Assembly (NCBI GenBank): GCA_964057225.1 | Contig: OZ059894.1 | Span: 16,554,001-16,618,000, forward strand | Length of the DNA: 64,000 nt | Origin: Auanema rhodensis | Lineage: Eukaryota; Animalia; Nematoda | Direction: 5' to 3' | Part shown: piece by piece, positions 40,575 through 53,977 of the stretch | How positions within the stretch are numbered: the first letter of the stretch is position 1 | How the letters are laid out: every line of letters begins with the position of its first letter | Notes under the pieces: model-generated | Told to the model about the DNA's origin: nothing | Database searches by the model: none | What the model saw: the letters and a program-made list of their open reading frames with translations, nothing else | Position numbers and translations under genes: made by a program

Positions 40575-42873
40575 CTTTGCTCATTTTTTTTAATATCTAA
40601 TGAGGTATTCTTCTCATATAATCACTTAGAAATGTAGGAAAAATACCTCCGATCTCTGTTCTTATGATTGCTCAACATAACTGAGCATAAACACCAATAA
40701 AACAGTATAAATTGTATTAAATACATGAATCTTCTTTTTTCTTTTCTTAAGATATACAGCGTTTTTTCTTCTAATCTATACGTGTTATAAAGAATATTTA
40801 TATACTGATGTCATAATTAAAGTTTTGAACTAATAATGTTGTGAAATGAGTTTCTTTGTTTGTTTCAACCTTTTTTTAAAAACTCAAAATGATCAGCAAT
40901 TGGCCTTTTCATGTTTCTCTCTTAAACCTTTGCATATTTGATTATAACGATGAAATACAATATTTGTAGTTAAAGATTTACGTTTTTACTACTAAAGAAT
41001 ATTTTGGTTTTTGATTTGATTAAACTTGAGTTGCTGAGCATGTGTAAAGGTTAAACTAATGATGATGATGATGTGTTTATTGAAGAGGAGTTGAGAATAA
41101 ACAAACATGAAAAGGTTTTTTTCATGAGAAGATGACTCATTTTATAGCAAATTAGATGATGAAATTGTATTTGTTATATAAAATAAATTAATTATTATAA
41201 AAAAAGGCAAATAATTTCTATTTTACTCATTCTTCCTACAACTCTTTTACGTCAATTTCATGAAACTAGGAGAACCATGAATTGTGATGAGTGGACATTG
41301 AGAGAAAGATAGAATTAACTTTGATGTGAGAGAGAAAAGACTAAGACACATTCTCTCAAGGATTTACCTGATTATTGGAAACTTCCGATATGAGTAAATC
41401 ACATCACACAAGTGCTATGAGACCAGACTTTGTGCGTAAATAGCAATATTATAGTTTCAATAAGTTTGAGAGATTTGAGAAATTTGCCAAAAATTTTCTA
41501 ATGAGAGTGAGTACTTGTTGCGGAATTTGTAAATTGTTCAAATTCTGAGAAGTTTAATTATAACTTTTTAAACATTCTGATTGTTATAGTAAAAATTGAT
41601 AATTAAAACTTCATATTATTTAAAATAATTAATTAAAGTATTTTAAACAATTATAAATTCTTTCTTTCTCAAGTCCTAAATATAAATATATATTTTTAAC
41701 ATTATTCAAGATATAATCAAAGATATAAATAACAACGATGTGGCTTTTACGAGATTGTTATACTTAACCATGCTATCTAAGCTTTTAAGCAGCGCTTTCT
41801 AGCTCAATTAATTCTTTAATATTACACATGTAAATCTGATAGAAAACGTGGTATATATTGAATATTTCAACTTATAAATGTACATTAGCTATGAAAAAGT
41901 AACAACAATCCGAGGGTATTGAACTATAATTCATTTCATGTTGAATGACAATTTCAGTATCCAAGGACACGATTTATATGAAGTACATCTTCATCTTGAA
42001 AACTACAAAAACAAAAAGATATTGCTGAAATAAGAATTTTTGTATAAAATTTGTATATAATATCTTTATAATTATATAATTTATCTGATAAATATATTAA
42101 TGATCTAATCTTTTGGTGGAAATATTAATTCAAACATTTTTGTTTTGTAAAATAAGGAAGTAGAGAATATAAAATATTTTAAAATATTTTAAATGTATAA
42201 ATCTTCTTTTCTTTATAATCTTATTATAATATAAAAGACGTCAATCGTTCAATCTATAAAAAGGTATTAACATTAAAATCAAAATAATTTACATATATAT
42301 TAAGATTATTATAACCTTTATGTTATTTTTAGGAACTTTGAATAAGTTTTTTCAGAGTTATTGAGTTGAATCATAACATAGTTATATCCATTTTTAATAC
42401 ATTTTGAAGTATTTTTAATTAATGATGCGTAATACGCGACTTTTCCACTTTTTCACAGTTCTTGTCCGTCGACTACATGTCTCATTATTGATGATGATGA
42501 TGATGATGACACACGTCATTGAAGCCAGACAGAATAGCAGGATTTAACATGAAAAGCCCATGACACCTATATGGTTTTGTCTACGAGACACAAAGAGAAC
42601 ATCTGCAAAATGCTGTTTGATGCTTCACTTCCATACCACTGTCTATGTTGCTTGTGCTGAATGTTGCTGCTGCGCCTGCTAGCTGCTAACTGTGCAATTG
42701 CTGTACATCTATGATACATCCCATTATTTCACAAAAGCGAAGTTTTCTTTGTCGTCATCATTTTTTCACTACCGCGTCTGATCGTTATCCGTAAAAAAAG
42801 TTGGAATTGATGGTCATGTTCTCTCTCTGACTGTTCGATTAATAATGGATCATCTGACCTATTCAGTCGGGTA

Positions 42874-42881
42874 TGACGTCA
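42874..42881. promoter_or_regulatory. Full palindromic CRE (TGACGTCA)
   Basis: ATGACGTCATAT, the same 12-mer as at 33165, inside a GC-richer island (42430-42920). Confidence 0.35.
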
Positions 42882-45800
42882 TATTCTTAACTTATGGCCG
42901 TGTTCATTAAAAAGGCAACTTCATCAAAGGTAAATTACGCAATATAAAATAATAATACAAGATTATTTTCAACTCCACTCAGGGATTTATCAGCTAATTT
43001 TCGAAAATTTTCCTAAAACACATAATAAAATTCTGAAATGTATATAACTTAAATGGTTTGTAAGTTTTTGATGATTAAAGCCTTAGTAAAAATATAATTT
43101 TTCTTTCAGGAAATATTTAAAAATATTAGAATGTTGGAACAAAACATGTAATTAGTCTCATAGCAATAACATCACCTTTGAAACATTTTGGATTAACTAA
43201 ATATTTTTGCTTATTCCAACTCCTTCTCATATACACTAACTCTGTGAACGATTTGAATAAAAAATATCTTTTTTTTGGGAATGATATTTAGAAACAATAC
43301 CTTGTTGAGATGAAAACATCTATATCACTTTAGATTTCCGGAAAAAAACTACGCACACACAATATTTATAACGAAAAGTAAGCTAAATAGTTGAACTTCT
43401 ATCCCTTTCCCCATTTTTGTATACAATTATTACATTTTGAAATAAATGGATTAGGATTAAATTTTTACCTTTGCTGTTCCGGTATGAAAACACGGAAGAA
43501 AACATAAAAATTCTACATCATTGTCATATAATCTTACATCGAACTTTGTGTTTTTGGTGTTGAGCACACTTCCTATTATTAAGATCGGTCACAATTGAAA
43601 TGAAAATGACTTTCGTGCTCTGTCCACGTGTGAAAAATGAAAGGAAACTAATGATTATCAAGATCAACTTCAGCTAAAAATAAAACTTGACACATTGTCA
43701 GAACTTTCGAAACTTGAATCAAAGTTAGAATATTTCTCGGGATTTAAATGTATTTATGAAACATACATATGTGCATCTAAACAAGCGCCGCTTATTCCCC
43801 CCCCCTCCACCTCCACGAGCGAGCATATGATTAGAATAGTAACAATAATAATAATAAAAATAGTAATAATAATAATAATAAGCAATTTTCTATATATAAA
43901 ACAAGAAATTGAACAATCAACTAAACATCATCAACAAAGTTGTCTTCATATTATCAGAAGCATCACATCAATGAACGTCTTTCTCATTAACATCGTGAAC
44001 ATCAACATTGTTCCTTGTCTTTTCGTTTTTGTGAATCATTGTTAAGGAAAAATAGGATTTGGACATACTAAATATGAATTGTAAACTCTTAAGTTAAATG
44101 GTTTATATAATCAAATATGCCTCTTCACACAGAACTGGATAGGATATTTCTGGTATGACTACATACTTATTATTTTCATCTTTGAACCTTACTCTATCAA
44201 GTAAGAGTCATAGCTTTTATTCATTACTTCTTAAATACATATATAAAACTGAAGAAGAAAGAGATCTAAAGAGTTGTAACAAAGACAGTCTAGAAACCAG
44301 TCTAGGTGTGGTGATATGATTAGTGTAGAAAGGAAGAGCGTGGGTGTGAAATAATAATAAGGAGAGGGGTCATCAATAACAATCCCACGTGTAAAAATCT
44401 TAAAAAACATTGTATGTCGAGGGATGTTTTCAGATTATTAAGAGCAATTCTCATCCCGGAAACTTTTTTTCAATTAGATTGGCTTTGTATCGTCGCCATA
44501 AACATATGAAGTCACGTATACATTCGTGGATACGTGAGTTTATGTTAATAACGTGTATGAGACTATTATAATCATTTTTTCAAATTAAAGCATATTGAAT
44601 GGTTGTTTAATGAAATATCTTATAATTTATACATATATATATATATATATACATAAATCTATATATTTCTTCTTGAAAATTTAATATTTTCTCCTTGAAG
44701 TTTCAAACGAGTCTTTAATTAATTAAAAGGACAATATCAATTTATTTGTAACTTATTATTAAAATTACTAAATTTTTTTTTTAAAATAACTTCATCTTAT
44801 GATAAAGAAAACAAAATATAAAATGAGTTACTCATGTACAAAACATAATAAAATTAACATTTAATATGCGTATTATAACGTCTGAGGCTGATATTGTCCA
44901 CAATCCGTCAGGAAGCTACTTCAAGGGAATTACGATATTTTGAGTCAAAAGGAATTTTGAAAATCCGTATGATCCATATAAAAGCTATATATATTGCTTA
45001 AGCTTATTTACTAGAATAAAATAAACCACAAAGTTTATTTTTTGAAATATGTAGACGTATGTATGTATATATTTCATATTATCTGACATTATTTAATACT
45101 TCTATAGAGCACTTGAATGTATTCTGATGTCAACTAAAAATTTTGACAAAACAAGCTAATACACAATGAAGAGAGTTATAATGATTAAGATCAATTCTGA
45201 ATAATTGAATCCTGAAAACCTCAAGACAAATTTTTTCGTTGAAAAACATGCCGTTTCATGTTCAAAAATGTTCAAGTGATTCGTATGCAAATACTCAACC
45301 CAGGATTATCTTATTTATATAAGATACAAATGGAGATTTCACTGTAGATTTTGCATTTCATTATTGAAAACATGCATATTATAACTTCTTTATATGTACA
45401 AAATCCACATAATGATAGTATCTTGAAAGTAAACTCAGGTTCACTGACAATAACTTGAGGGTGTAGAACTATAAGCTTATATCACGGATGAAAATTCCAA
45501 GTAAATATGTTTAAACAGGAGTTTATCTTTGTTTCTAGCTAATTTGCTACTTAACTGAGAAAATATAATAAAAATAAAATGTGTTATTTCAATTATATAT
45601 GTCTAATATTACAAGATTCTCGTTTTTTTCATTAAATATTAATATTCATAACATTCAAAAACATCTATAAATACACCTTATAATATTCAAGCATTTTACG
45701 TAATCAACTTGAACAGGTATCTTTTTAGATCATGAGTTGCATCTTTTTTTTCATTTTATCAGATAGATCATGAATGGATCATCTAGTACACATTCAGATG

Positions 45801-46229
45801 GAATAAAAACTTGCAAAAGAAAAAAAGAGAAAGCTGTTGTAGGAATAATATTATCGAATATCGACAATACTTGAATGAAAACCATTTTTGTTTCTTTATA
45901 GAAAATCATTGGGATCTAAATAGCAGATAATATACGAACACACATACATACACATTGTACATAGTATATATATATCATTGAAAAGAGAAAATAATCATTT
46001 TTTTCTTTAATTTTAAAGAAAATATAAAGTCTTAATAACTTTCGATAAGTTGTATTGTTTGTGTACTTCATCACTACACTGTAGTCTTATCATATAAAAC
46101 GTTTCTCTTGATTGGAACAACCACAAGGTACATTGATGACAAAATTTAAAATTCTCTTGTCTTTTAATTTTCCTTATATTTATTTCTTTTTTATTTTGAA
46201 TTTATTTAATATTTTATAGAAAATATTCA

Positions 46230-47428
46230 ATGCCTTCTCATAATTGCCATCGTCTTCAGGGTCAAGTAGCTATTGTAACTGCTGCAACTAAAGGGTATAG
46301 CATCATTGTTATAATTCTAAAACTATACTAGAAACTAATGTTTTAACATCATATTATGAAGTTATAGTTCAACATGTGTTATTTAACTCTTTTTTTAGAA
46401 TAGGACTTGCAATTGCTCAACGTCTTGCTGAAGAAGGAGCATCTGTCGTTATATGCAGTCGTGATCAGAAGAATGTCGATAGGTTTCTTTTAATATATAT
46501 TTAATTAATCAAAGAAACACTTGATCTTTAGTGTTGTAGCTGATTTGAGAGCAAAAAACCTAAGTGTTGAAGGAATAGTTTGCCATGTTGCTAAACCAGA
46601 GCATCAACAGCGTTTAGTAGAATTCGTAAGAAAATCAAAAATAATAATATATGATTAGATATAATTCAGACCTTATCCAAATTTGGAAAAATTAATATTC
46701 TTGTTAACAATCATGGTATTAACCCAGCATTTGGTTCAATTTTAGGTAATTTCAGACATAAAAAACAGAGATTATTCTGAATTTTTAGATGTACAAGACG
46801 CTGTCTGGGATAAGCTTTTCGAAACAAATGTGAAAGCTGGTTGGCAACTTACCAAACTGGTTCAACCACATATGAATAAAATTGGGTATTTTTCGAGAAA
46901 ATAATATTGGTTTATTTATCTTTAAAGTTTAGGGGTGGAAACATTATTTTCAATGCTTCGTATGGAGCGTATAAAAGCCCTCCAGTAAGTTGATCAGATA
47001 ACATGTTATACAAAAGCTCGCTTGTTTAGGGTATTGCTGCTTATGCGGTAACTAAAACCACTCTTATCGGATTGACTAAAGCCTTGTCTGTTGAATTGGC
47101 TTCACAAAATATTCGTGTGAATGGTATTGCACCTGGGATTATCAAGACTAAAATGAGCAAGACTGTAAGATTTTCCTGAAATGATAGTATATTTTGTATT
47201 ATATTTGCAGCTTTGGGATGGAGGGGAAGATGAGGTTATCGCAAACCAAGAAGTACGTATTGACTTTCTTATCAAGCTCTAATACTAAATCAAACTTAGA
47301 TTCAACTTGCACGTCTGGGAGTACCTGAGGACTGTGCTGGAACTGTTGCTTTCCTTGTATCGGAAGACGCTGCATATATCACAGGAGAAATGATTGTCGT
47401 AGCTGGAGGTGTTCATGCTCGTTTATAA
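46230..47428 (+). CDS. dhs-13: Peroxisomal short-chain dehydrogenase/reductase, DHRS4 orthologue
   Basis: [43 protein letters not shown]...[10 protein letters not shown]...[10 protein letters not shown]...[10 protein letters not shown] (YxxxK)...[13 protein letters not shown]...YITGE...GGVHARL* with a PTS1 (ARL); stop 47426-47428. Confidence 0.93.
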
Positions 47429-47771
47429 CTTATTCAAATAAAATAATTTTTATATGAATTTTCAAAAATAACTTTAAAAAAATAACAAACAATTTGAAAG
47501 ACAAAAGGAAAAATACACAGCACAGTCGAAAACATCTAGTACATGAAGGGTTTAAAAAACAATTTGAAAATCTAGAATCTGACTAGCGAAACAACGAACA
47601 GAAGAAATAAAAATATACATCACTCTAAGTGAAATTTTTGATCCTGGATAAAAAAAACCAAGAAACCGCTCCTTAAAGGAATCATATAAAATGCAATTTA
47701 GGCAAAGATTGTGCGCCGGGCAATAACTGAAGTTAATGGAATAATATAAAAAACTATCCATTTCAATAACA

Positions 47772-49403
47772 TCAAACAGGTTCAAGTTTAACTTCCTAAA
47801 CAATCAATTATAAACACTTTTTTAAATGTTTAAGCTTACCGAATTTACTTCAATACAACGTACAGGTAATAAATAATCATCTAAACAGGTATCACTTCTT
47901 ACAGAGTCATGACGACTCGAGTGATTACCATCAGTTGGCTTTAAAAGCCTATTAACAACATTCCATAGAAAACCATTAGTTTCCTCAAGAACATCAGCCG
48001 TTTCACGATCTGAAGACCGTCCCAATACCTCAGCGATAGTGCCCAGTAGAACAGAAGCCTGAAACTACCGACATTAATACATTATGTATGACCCAAATAC
48101 CTCTTTAATGCCATGATAACTCTTAAGAACTCTGAATCGAACTTGGGCGTCTTCGAACTCCGATGTAGCAGTGATCGGCTTATCAGCAACTTTGATTATT
48201 TCTTTCGTAGGAGTTGATTCTTTAGTGGGCTGAGAAATACTTTCCATTTCATGATCTTCTACAGTTTCCTCGTCTTGAATTGTTGAATCTGAAAAAAAAG
48301 TGTGAATTACCACATGCATATGTAGCATTTTATGAAAATTAAGCTATTTAGGCGTATTCTCAACCGGTTTATAGTATGTGCAAAATAAAATGATATGAAA
48401 TTGTGTACAAGCACGTGAAAGTAACACGATGTTATCATGTCTCGCACATCCAAACTATTCTACTTAAAGTAGCCATAAATTAAATCAGTTATCATACCTG
48501 AGGATTCTGCAAGTTCATCTAAATCATGTAGGATATGACCCAAACAGTAAATACATGAGATATTTCCATTTTCATATTTTTGTATCTAAAATAACAAGTT
48601 TCACATTTCAATTTCAAACTAATTATAAATACCCGAACAAATGCAGGACAATGAAGCTGTGTAATCTTACTTTTATTGGAGCCACGATATCTTCCACTAC
48701 GGTGACATCTAACACAACATTATGATTATTCATAGAATAGAAACATACCTGTAATACACTTCGCCAGTTTCGGTAGAGCAACGTCGACGAAATGAGGACC
48801 TCATGGCGGCAGATGTATCCTTTAACCATTCCTGCAAATAAAAGTAGGAAAGAAGAAAAATTAAGACATGAAATAAAACTGACATTGAAGGCCTCTTCCG
48901 ATTGGAACAAAGTTTCATGTAAAGAATAGTCTTGTTTTAAGCCTCCAGCACCTATATGGGCATGTTTTTGAGAACAATGAATAGCTAATAACTCTTGACT
49001 GCCCAGTTTCTCTTGACAATCTTCAACAGGACAAGGCACACGATCCTGTAACAATAATATTATATAATATACAGAATAAATAACTTACAGTTTTTTGAGG
49101 TATCCTAATTGTAAAATATTCCCTTGGAGCCTGAGGCTTTTCTGGCAATTTAACTAAAGGTTTTGATTCGTTTTTCACTGATTTGCACATTCGTGAGAGA
49201 TGACTCTTGTAACCGCTTTTAGAAAAAAACTTCTTTCCACAATCGTTGCAAATGTAACTCCCAGAACATATCTTCTCGGGTTTCGGTTGTTTTCTCATTT
49301 CATCAGTTCGCTGTTCTTTATTAAGATGATGAATATCTTTAAGATGGCGATGATAGCTGCTTTTTCCGCAGAGCCATCGATTACATAGTGAACATTGTAG
49401 CAT
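47772..49403 (-). CDS. Zinc-finger protein: three C2H2-type fingers plus a MULE/WRKY-GCM1-like zinc domain, no DDE domain
   Basis: CSLCNRWLCGKSSYHRHLKDIH; YICNDCGKKFFSKSGYKSHLSRMC; CPVEDC...LAIHCSQKH; FQSEEAFNEWLK...YYRCHRSGRY...SKITQLHCPAFVR...CIYCLGHILH; acidic linker; last micro-exon EVKLEPV* (stop 47772). A possible upstream coding exon starts at ATG 49547. Confidence 0.8.
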
Positions 49404-51115
49404 TTTTTGTGTCGTAACTAATATCAGTTCACTACCTTAGTTCTGCAAGAAAAATATTTGAGAGATACATAGTAGATATAGGTACTTACGCTCGACGGTA
49501 ATTAGCACTATTGGAGTAGCAACGCTTTCAGCGTGCTCCGAATACATTTACGTCGTACCTCGATATCAAGCTAACTAATATAGATAGTTTTCTAAAAAAA
49601 AGTGAATTTCAGAACAAACGCGACAGTTGTGAAAGACTATTAATAGCTCTTTGCGTAAGAATAACAAGAAGAAGAAGCAGAAAATCACTCATCATATATA
49701 TGTAAACAGAAACGTATTGCATGGTAAATGAAAAGCATAATCAGAACAGCAAATTCAGGATATAATCAATGAGTTCTCGTGCCATCTTTTCTTTCAAAAA
49801 ATCAAAATATAATTGACACGTTGATTATTATTAAAGCCTGGAAGTACAAATTTCATTATTGGTCTTGCAACGCTATCAAAACTTGTTTAGCTGTTCCTAA
49901 AGATGAATGAGTAGTTGTGCTCGGACTCTTTATCGTACTGTTTCATGATTTGACAGCATGTCGAAGAGAATATGAAGTCTATTCTTCTATTATTTGTTTA
50001 GATTAGCTCTTTAATAAAAGTAATCAATTAAAAAGTTTATAATAGTTTTAGATGCAGCGACTAATATTTACAAAACTGTAAACGATTTGCAATAATCTTA
50101 AGTTCGATACTGAACATTCAGGCTATATAAGAAAAAAAGTACAATCACATGTTGCATAGGTTCAATTTCTAAGTTGGAAAGAGAGCGTGCGACTACGAAC
50201 TTGTTTCCCTTCTCTATAGGGTACACAGACATACGTAGATTGTATTAGATGAAGAATGTTCTATTTCAATTTATTATTTCTTATACTTTGACGTTCTTCA
50301 CCATATTACTTTTATATTTTAATCTATCAATATCAAATATATTTGAAATAACAAATCTTTATTTGAACTTTCTTCCCAACACCATTTAAGTAGTAAGTGT
50401 TTTATGTGTTTAAGAGTGAAAAAATCTTATCATCATCCGTTGTTGAAAAAAACTGTTATGGATACAACTTTGATGTTTACTACAAAACGTGAAACATTTT
50501 TGTTTTTCTAAGTTTTATTACGTCTAATATACCAAAAGATCTATGAAGTCGATAGCCTCATTCAGTTTTCCCAATCCAGTTGTAATCATCAAAATATTAA
50601 CATTTTTAGTTGTACTTTAACATCCGAATGAAAGACTGTCACCAAATTCTATAGGAATAACTTGTCTACCAATACAAAGATTTTAAATAGAAAGCTGGTA
50701 ATTGCAAGAAAATTATGAATTATATCATAAGTTTGAATTAGATTTTGATAGGAATTATATTAACCATAAATATGAAAGAACATAAACATCATATTAGAAA
50801 TAATAATTATAGATTTCTTGATCAGTTGTTCTATATCTGAACGGAAAATATACTGCTTCGGCACTTATAATCAAAAACATCAAGAGATAAAGAAGTTTTT
50901 TTTTGAAATTTTAGTTTTTTGTGATATGAAAACATTTTTATAATAAAATTATATTTTTGTTTGAAAATGTTTATTGAAGGCTTATCTATTTATATACAAT
51001 TTTAGAAAGGAGTTAGTTTCATTGTACAGTGGGAAACCCGCATTTGAAAAAAGAAAACACATAAAAGTAAATGTCTTATATACAGAAAGTTTTTTGATGT
51101 TCTCTGAATATTAGC

Positions 51116-52585
51116 TCAAAGAACAGCAGCCAGAAGAATGGAAGCAATTGAGAGATAGCGTACAGAAGATTGCACAAGTGCTGCAACTTCTCCAACACGA
51201 TCTCCTGAAAATTGGAAAAAAATCTGTGTTAGCTCAGACATTTTCACAAACCATTGTGACCTTTACTCTCAGCTACAACTTGTTGATTCATAGGTGGAGA
51301 GACAGGCTTAGGAAGACGATAAGTCTTAATGTCGGAGCATTTAGTTGGCCACCTGAAAATGATAAATGGTCCAAATTACGAGGAAACCACATGAGAAAAG
51401 TAAGATGCGATCTTACTTCTTCACTGCATTTGTGTCAAGAGCCATTTTTTCCATGCTACCGAAAGATCTTCTTGTTAAATCTACAACCAATTCAGCTGTG
51501 TCAAAGTCACACTTGTGAGCAATTGTTGGAACATCGCAATGCAGAGTGCAAGTTACATATCTTTATAATAATAAATAAAAATAGATGAAATATCTAAAAG
51601 ATCTTACTCGCAACTGTCGCTAAGATAAACTTCGGCTTGAGTGGTGTCACCACTAAGTGCTAAATGTCTGAAGTTGTTTATCAAAGATGTAACTGCATCA
51701 TGCTTGGGAGAACATAGTTTAATACAATCGGTGTTACTTTCGATTGTTTCCAAACAAGGGAACTTTTGACGAATAGCTGAAAAGTGATGCTTAATCACAT
51801 CTCAAACAAGATGAGCAGATTAAATTGAAAGCGAGAAAATATCAGAAAAAAAGGTCATCTCACTTATAAATTGTAATTCAAAGAGCGAAATTACTCACCA
51901 TCATAGTTGTAGACACAATAATGATCAATAATTTCTGAAGATCTCATAAGAAGTTGATGAAGATATCCTGGGTCACATTTAGATGAACAATGTTGGAATG
52001 TGTGATAAATTCTAATTTAAAATAATTATTAATTATAATAATCCCATTTTTTTTGTTAATAGCAATATAAAGCCAATGTTCAAAGTATAAATGCCTTCTC
52101 ATTCGGTAATCATTCATACACTTCACGTCATGTAGTCACGTAAACGAGTTTGGTCATTTTACACTCATAACAGCAGAGAACGGTTGCTTTCCGGATGACT
52201 AAGTCTTAACTATAATCGAAAACAAACCCGCAGAACTTTTCGAAGAAAGTAGTGTTTGAGAAGGAAGTAAGAAAATCATTATAATTTAACTGAAATTAGA
52301 CTATAGAATGCAATAATTTTAAGTATTTTATTACTTGAAGAAGTGATGTAGTTTTTTTAGCTCCAAGCTGACTGCGAATGGATTCAATGAACCCAAAAGC
52401 ACATTGACCAACACAAGAATCAGGGTTGCTGGAGGTATGTGGGCTGAATTTCATGGTACTATTCTATCATTGAAAAAAAGGTAATACCTGACAGTTGGAA
52501 TTGAAGGATCTAATGTTGGCATTTGATCAAATGCATTACTAAGTGATGTTGCAATCAGGAGAATCACGAACTTCTGTACCACCAT
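51116..52585 (-). CDS. Secreted/GPI-anchored Cys-rich protein with a chondroitin proteoglycan 4 (CPG4)-type domain
   Basis: Signal peptide MVVQKFVILLIATSLSNA; CVGQC...FEKFCGIYHTFQHCSSKC...IDHYCVYNYDAIRQKFPCL...CIKLC...SCEYVTCTLHCDVPTIAHKC...WPTKC; hydrophobic tail YLSIASILLAAVL* (stop 51116). Eight exons join in frame. The domain name is from remembered Cys spacing. Confidence 0.8.
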
Positions 52586-53527
52586 AGTATCTGAGAAATG
52601 AGGTTGTGGGAAGTCACTAGTGTATTTACCTCCAAAACGATAAGTATAAGAGGAGGAGGGTGGCCCGAAAAGGAAACCAGCTATAGATAGTATAAAAGCA
52701 AAATCGCGGAACTAATGAAGTTCATGATGTGAGTGAAAGAAGCGAATGATGCAGCAAACAGCACTTTAAGCACAATGTTTTGAGGAAGAAAACGATTCTA
52801 TCGGAAAACTGGTGGAGATCTTGTTCGTAAGAAGATAATACCAAATATATTCTCTCACACAAAGAGATTTGAAGACAACAACTGTAGGAAGTGTTATGGT
52901 ATTTGAAACGTCAAAACCGAAATATTACCAAAACTAACAACATGAAAACATGAATGAAGCATCACGACTTTAACCAGCGAAGTTAACTGGAAGCCGAATA
53001 CGGCAGGTTAGGTGATTCTACGCTTTTATATCTGCTGAAGAAACCCTGTACTTCTTTAAGCAGGGCTGGTTCCGAGTCACACAGATTGCGCGAGACAGCC
53101 ACGAGATTGTAATATCGAGACAAGAAAAGCGGCAAAAACAAGATTCGAACGAGAATGGCACGACCTCTAATGTGCATTTGATAAAGCCTACTCTAACCCC
53201 TCAAGGTGATTCCGTTTCACGTTCTGTTAAGATCGAAAAATCGAATATTTATTGACGAGAGAGACCAAAAACCTCTAAATATTTTATCCGCCGACTAAGA
53301 AAACCTGAAAAGGAACAAGTCTCAGCGATAGTAAAAGTAGGCACGAATGGCAATGCCGTTTTACTTATTTGATGCTTATAATTATAATTAAAATATTTGA
53401 ACTACAAATCTAAAAGACACAAAGCATGGATAAATTAGAAATTAAATATACAACAGAGACATGCAGCTAATAAGCACCCGTGTGGTAGAAGGCAGAAGAA
53501 TTTCAAATAAACTTCTGGAAAAAAAAC

Positions 53528-53948
53528 CGTTCCATGGTGGTTTCCAGGGTTTCGGGCATGGATTATTTTCTTTATCTTCCCAATATAATAACACAAGAGC
53601 ATAGAGAGAAAGGTTTATTTATAAAAGATGTGTAATCTACATAATTAAAAGTTACAGAAATAACGAAAGCACACTTTTTATACTAGTTTATAATAGAACT
53701 TCCATGAAAAGCAGAACCTTGCTCCGCGGACTTCGTATAACTTCGTATAACAGAAAAACTATAAAATGCTTCCTTACGAGTCCGTTAGGCTGCGACTTTG
53801 AATCTTTATGTAACTTTTAATTTTGTATATTACACTTCTTTTATTAAGAAATCTTTCTCTCTAAGCTCTTGTTTTATTATAATTGAAAGATAAAGAAAAT
53901 AATCCATGTGGTTACCTAGCCCGGAATCCTAGGAACCACCATGAAACG
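53528..53948. mobile_element. MITE-like non-autonomous element with ~140 bp imperfect terminal inverted repeats
   Basis: Left arm 53528-~53670 (cgttccatggtggtt...catggattattttctttatctt...acaagagcatagagagaaag...aattaaaagttaca) aligns to the reverse complement of ~53795-53948 with scattered mismatches and one ~10 bp indel. No ORF, and no clear target-site duplication. Confidence 0.75.
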
Positions 53949-53977
53949 AAACCGACAAAAATATGAAAAATAGATAA

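Noticed and set aside
43695-44045. 116-aa ORF in the gene-poor tract
   Set aside because: TTG start and built from poly-C and (ATA)n simple repeats; no coding signature.
28414-49945. CTGTTTCA piRNA (Ruby) motifs at 28414 and 49938
   Set aside because: Only a handful of copies in 64 kb, consistent with chance; no piRNA-cluster density.
51148-51588. 146-aa plus-strand ORF
   Set aside because: Antisense shadow of the CPG4-domain gene on the minus strand.
53737-53750. ATAACTTCGTATAA, identical to one loxP arm plus one spacer base
   Set aside because: There is no second inverted arm at 8-bp spacing and no vector sequence; it arises from a 10-bp tandem duplication (CTTCGTATAA x2) inside the MITE.
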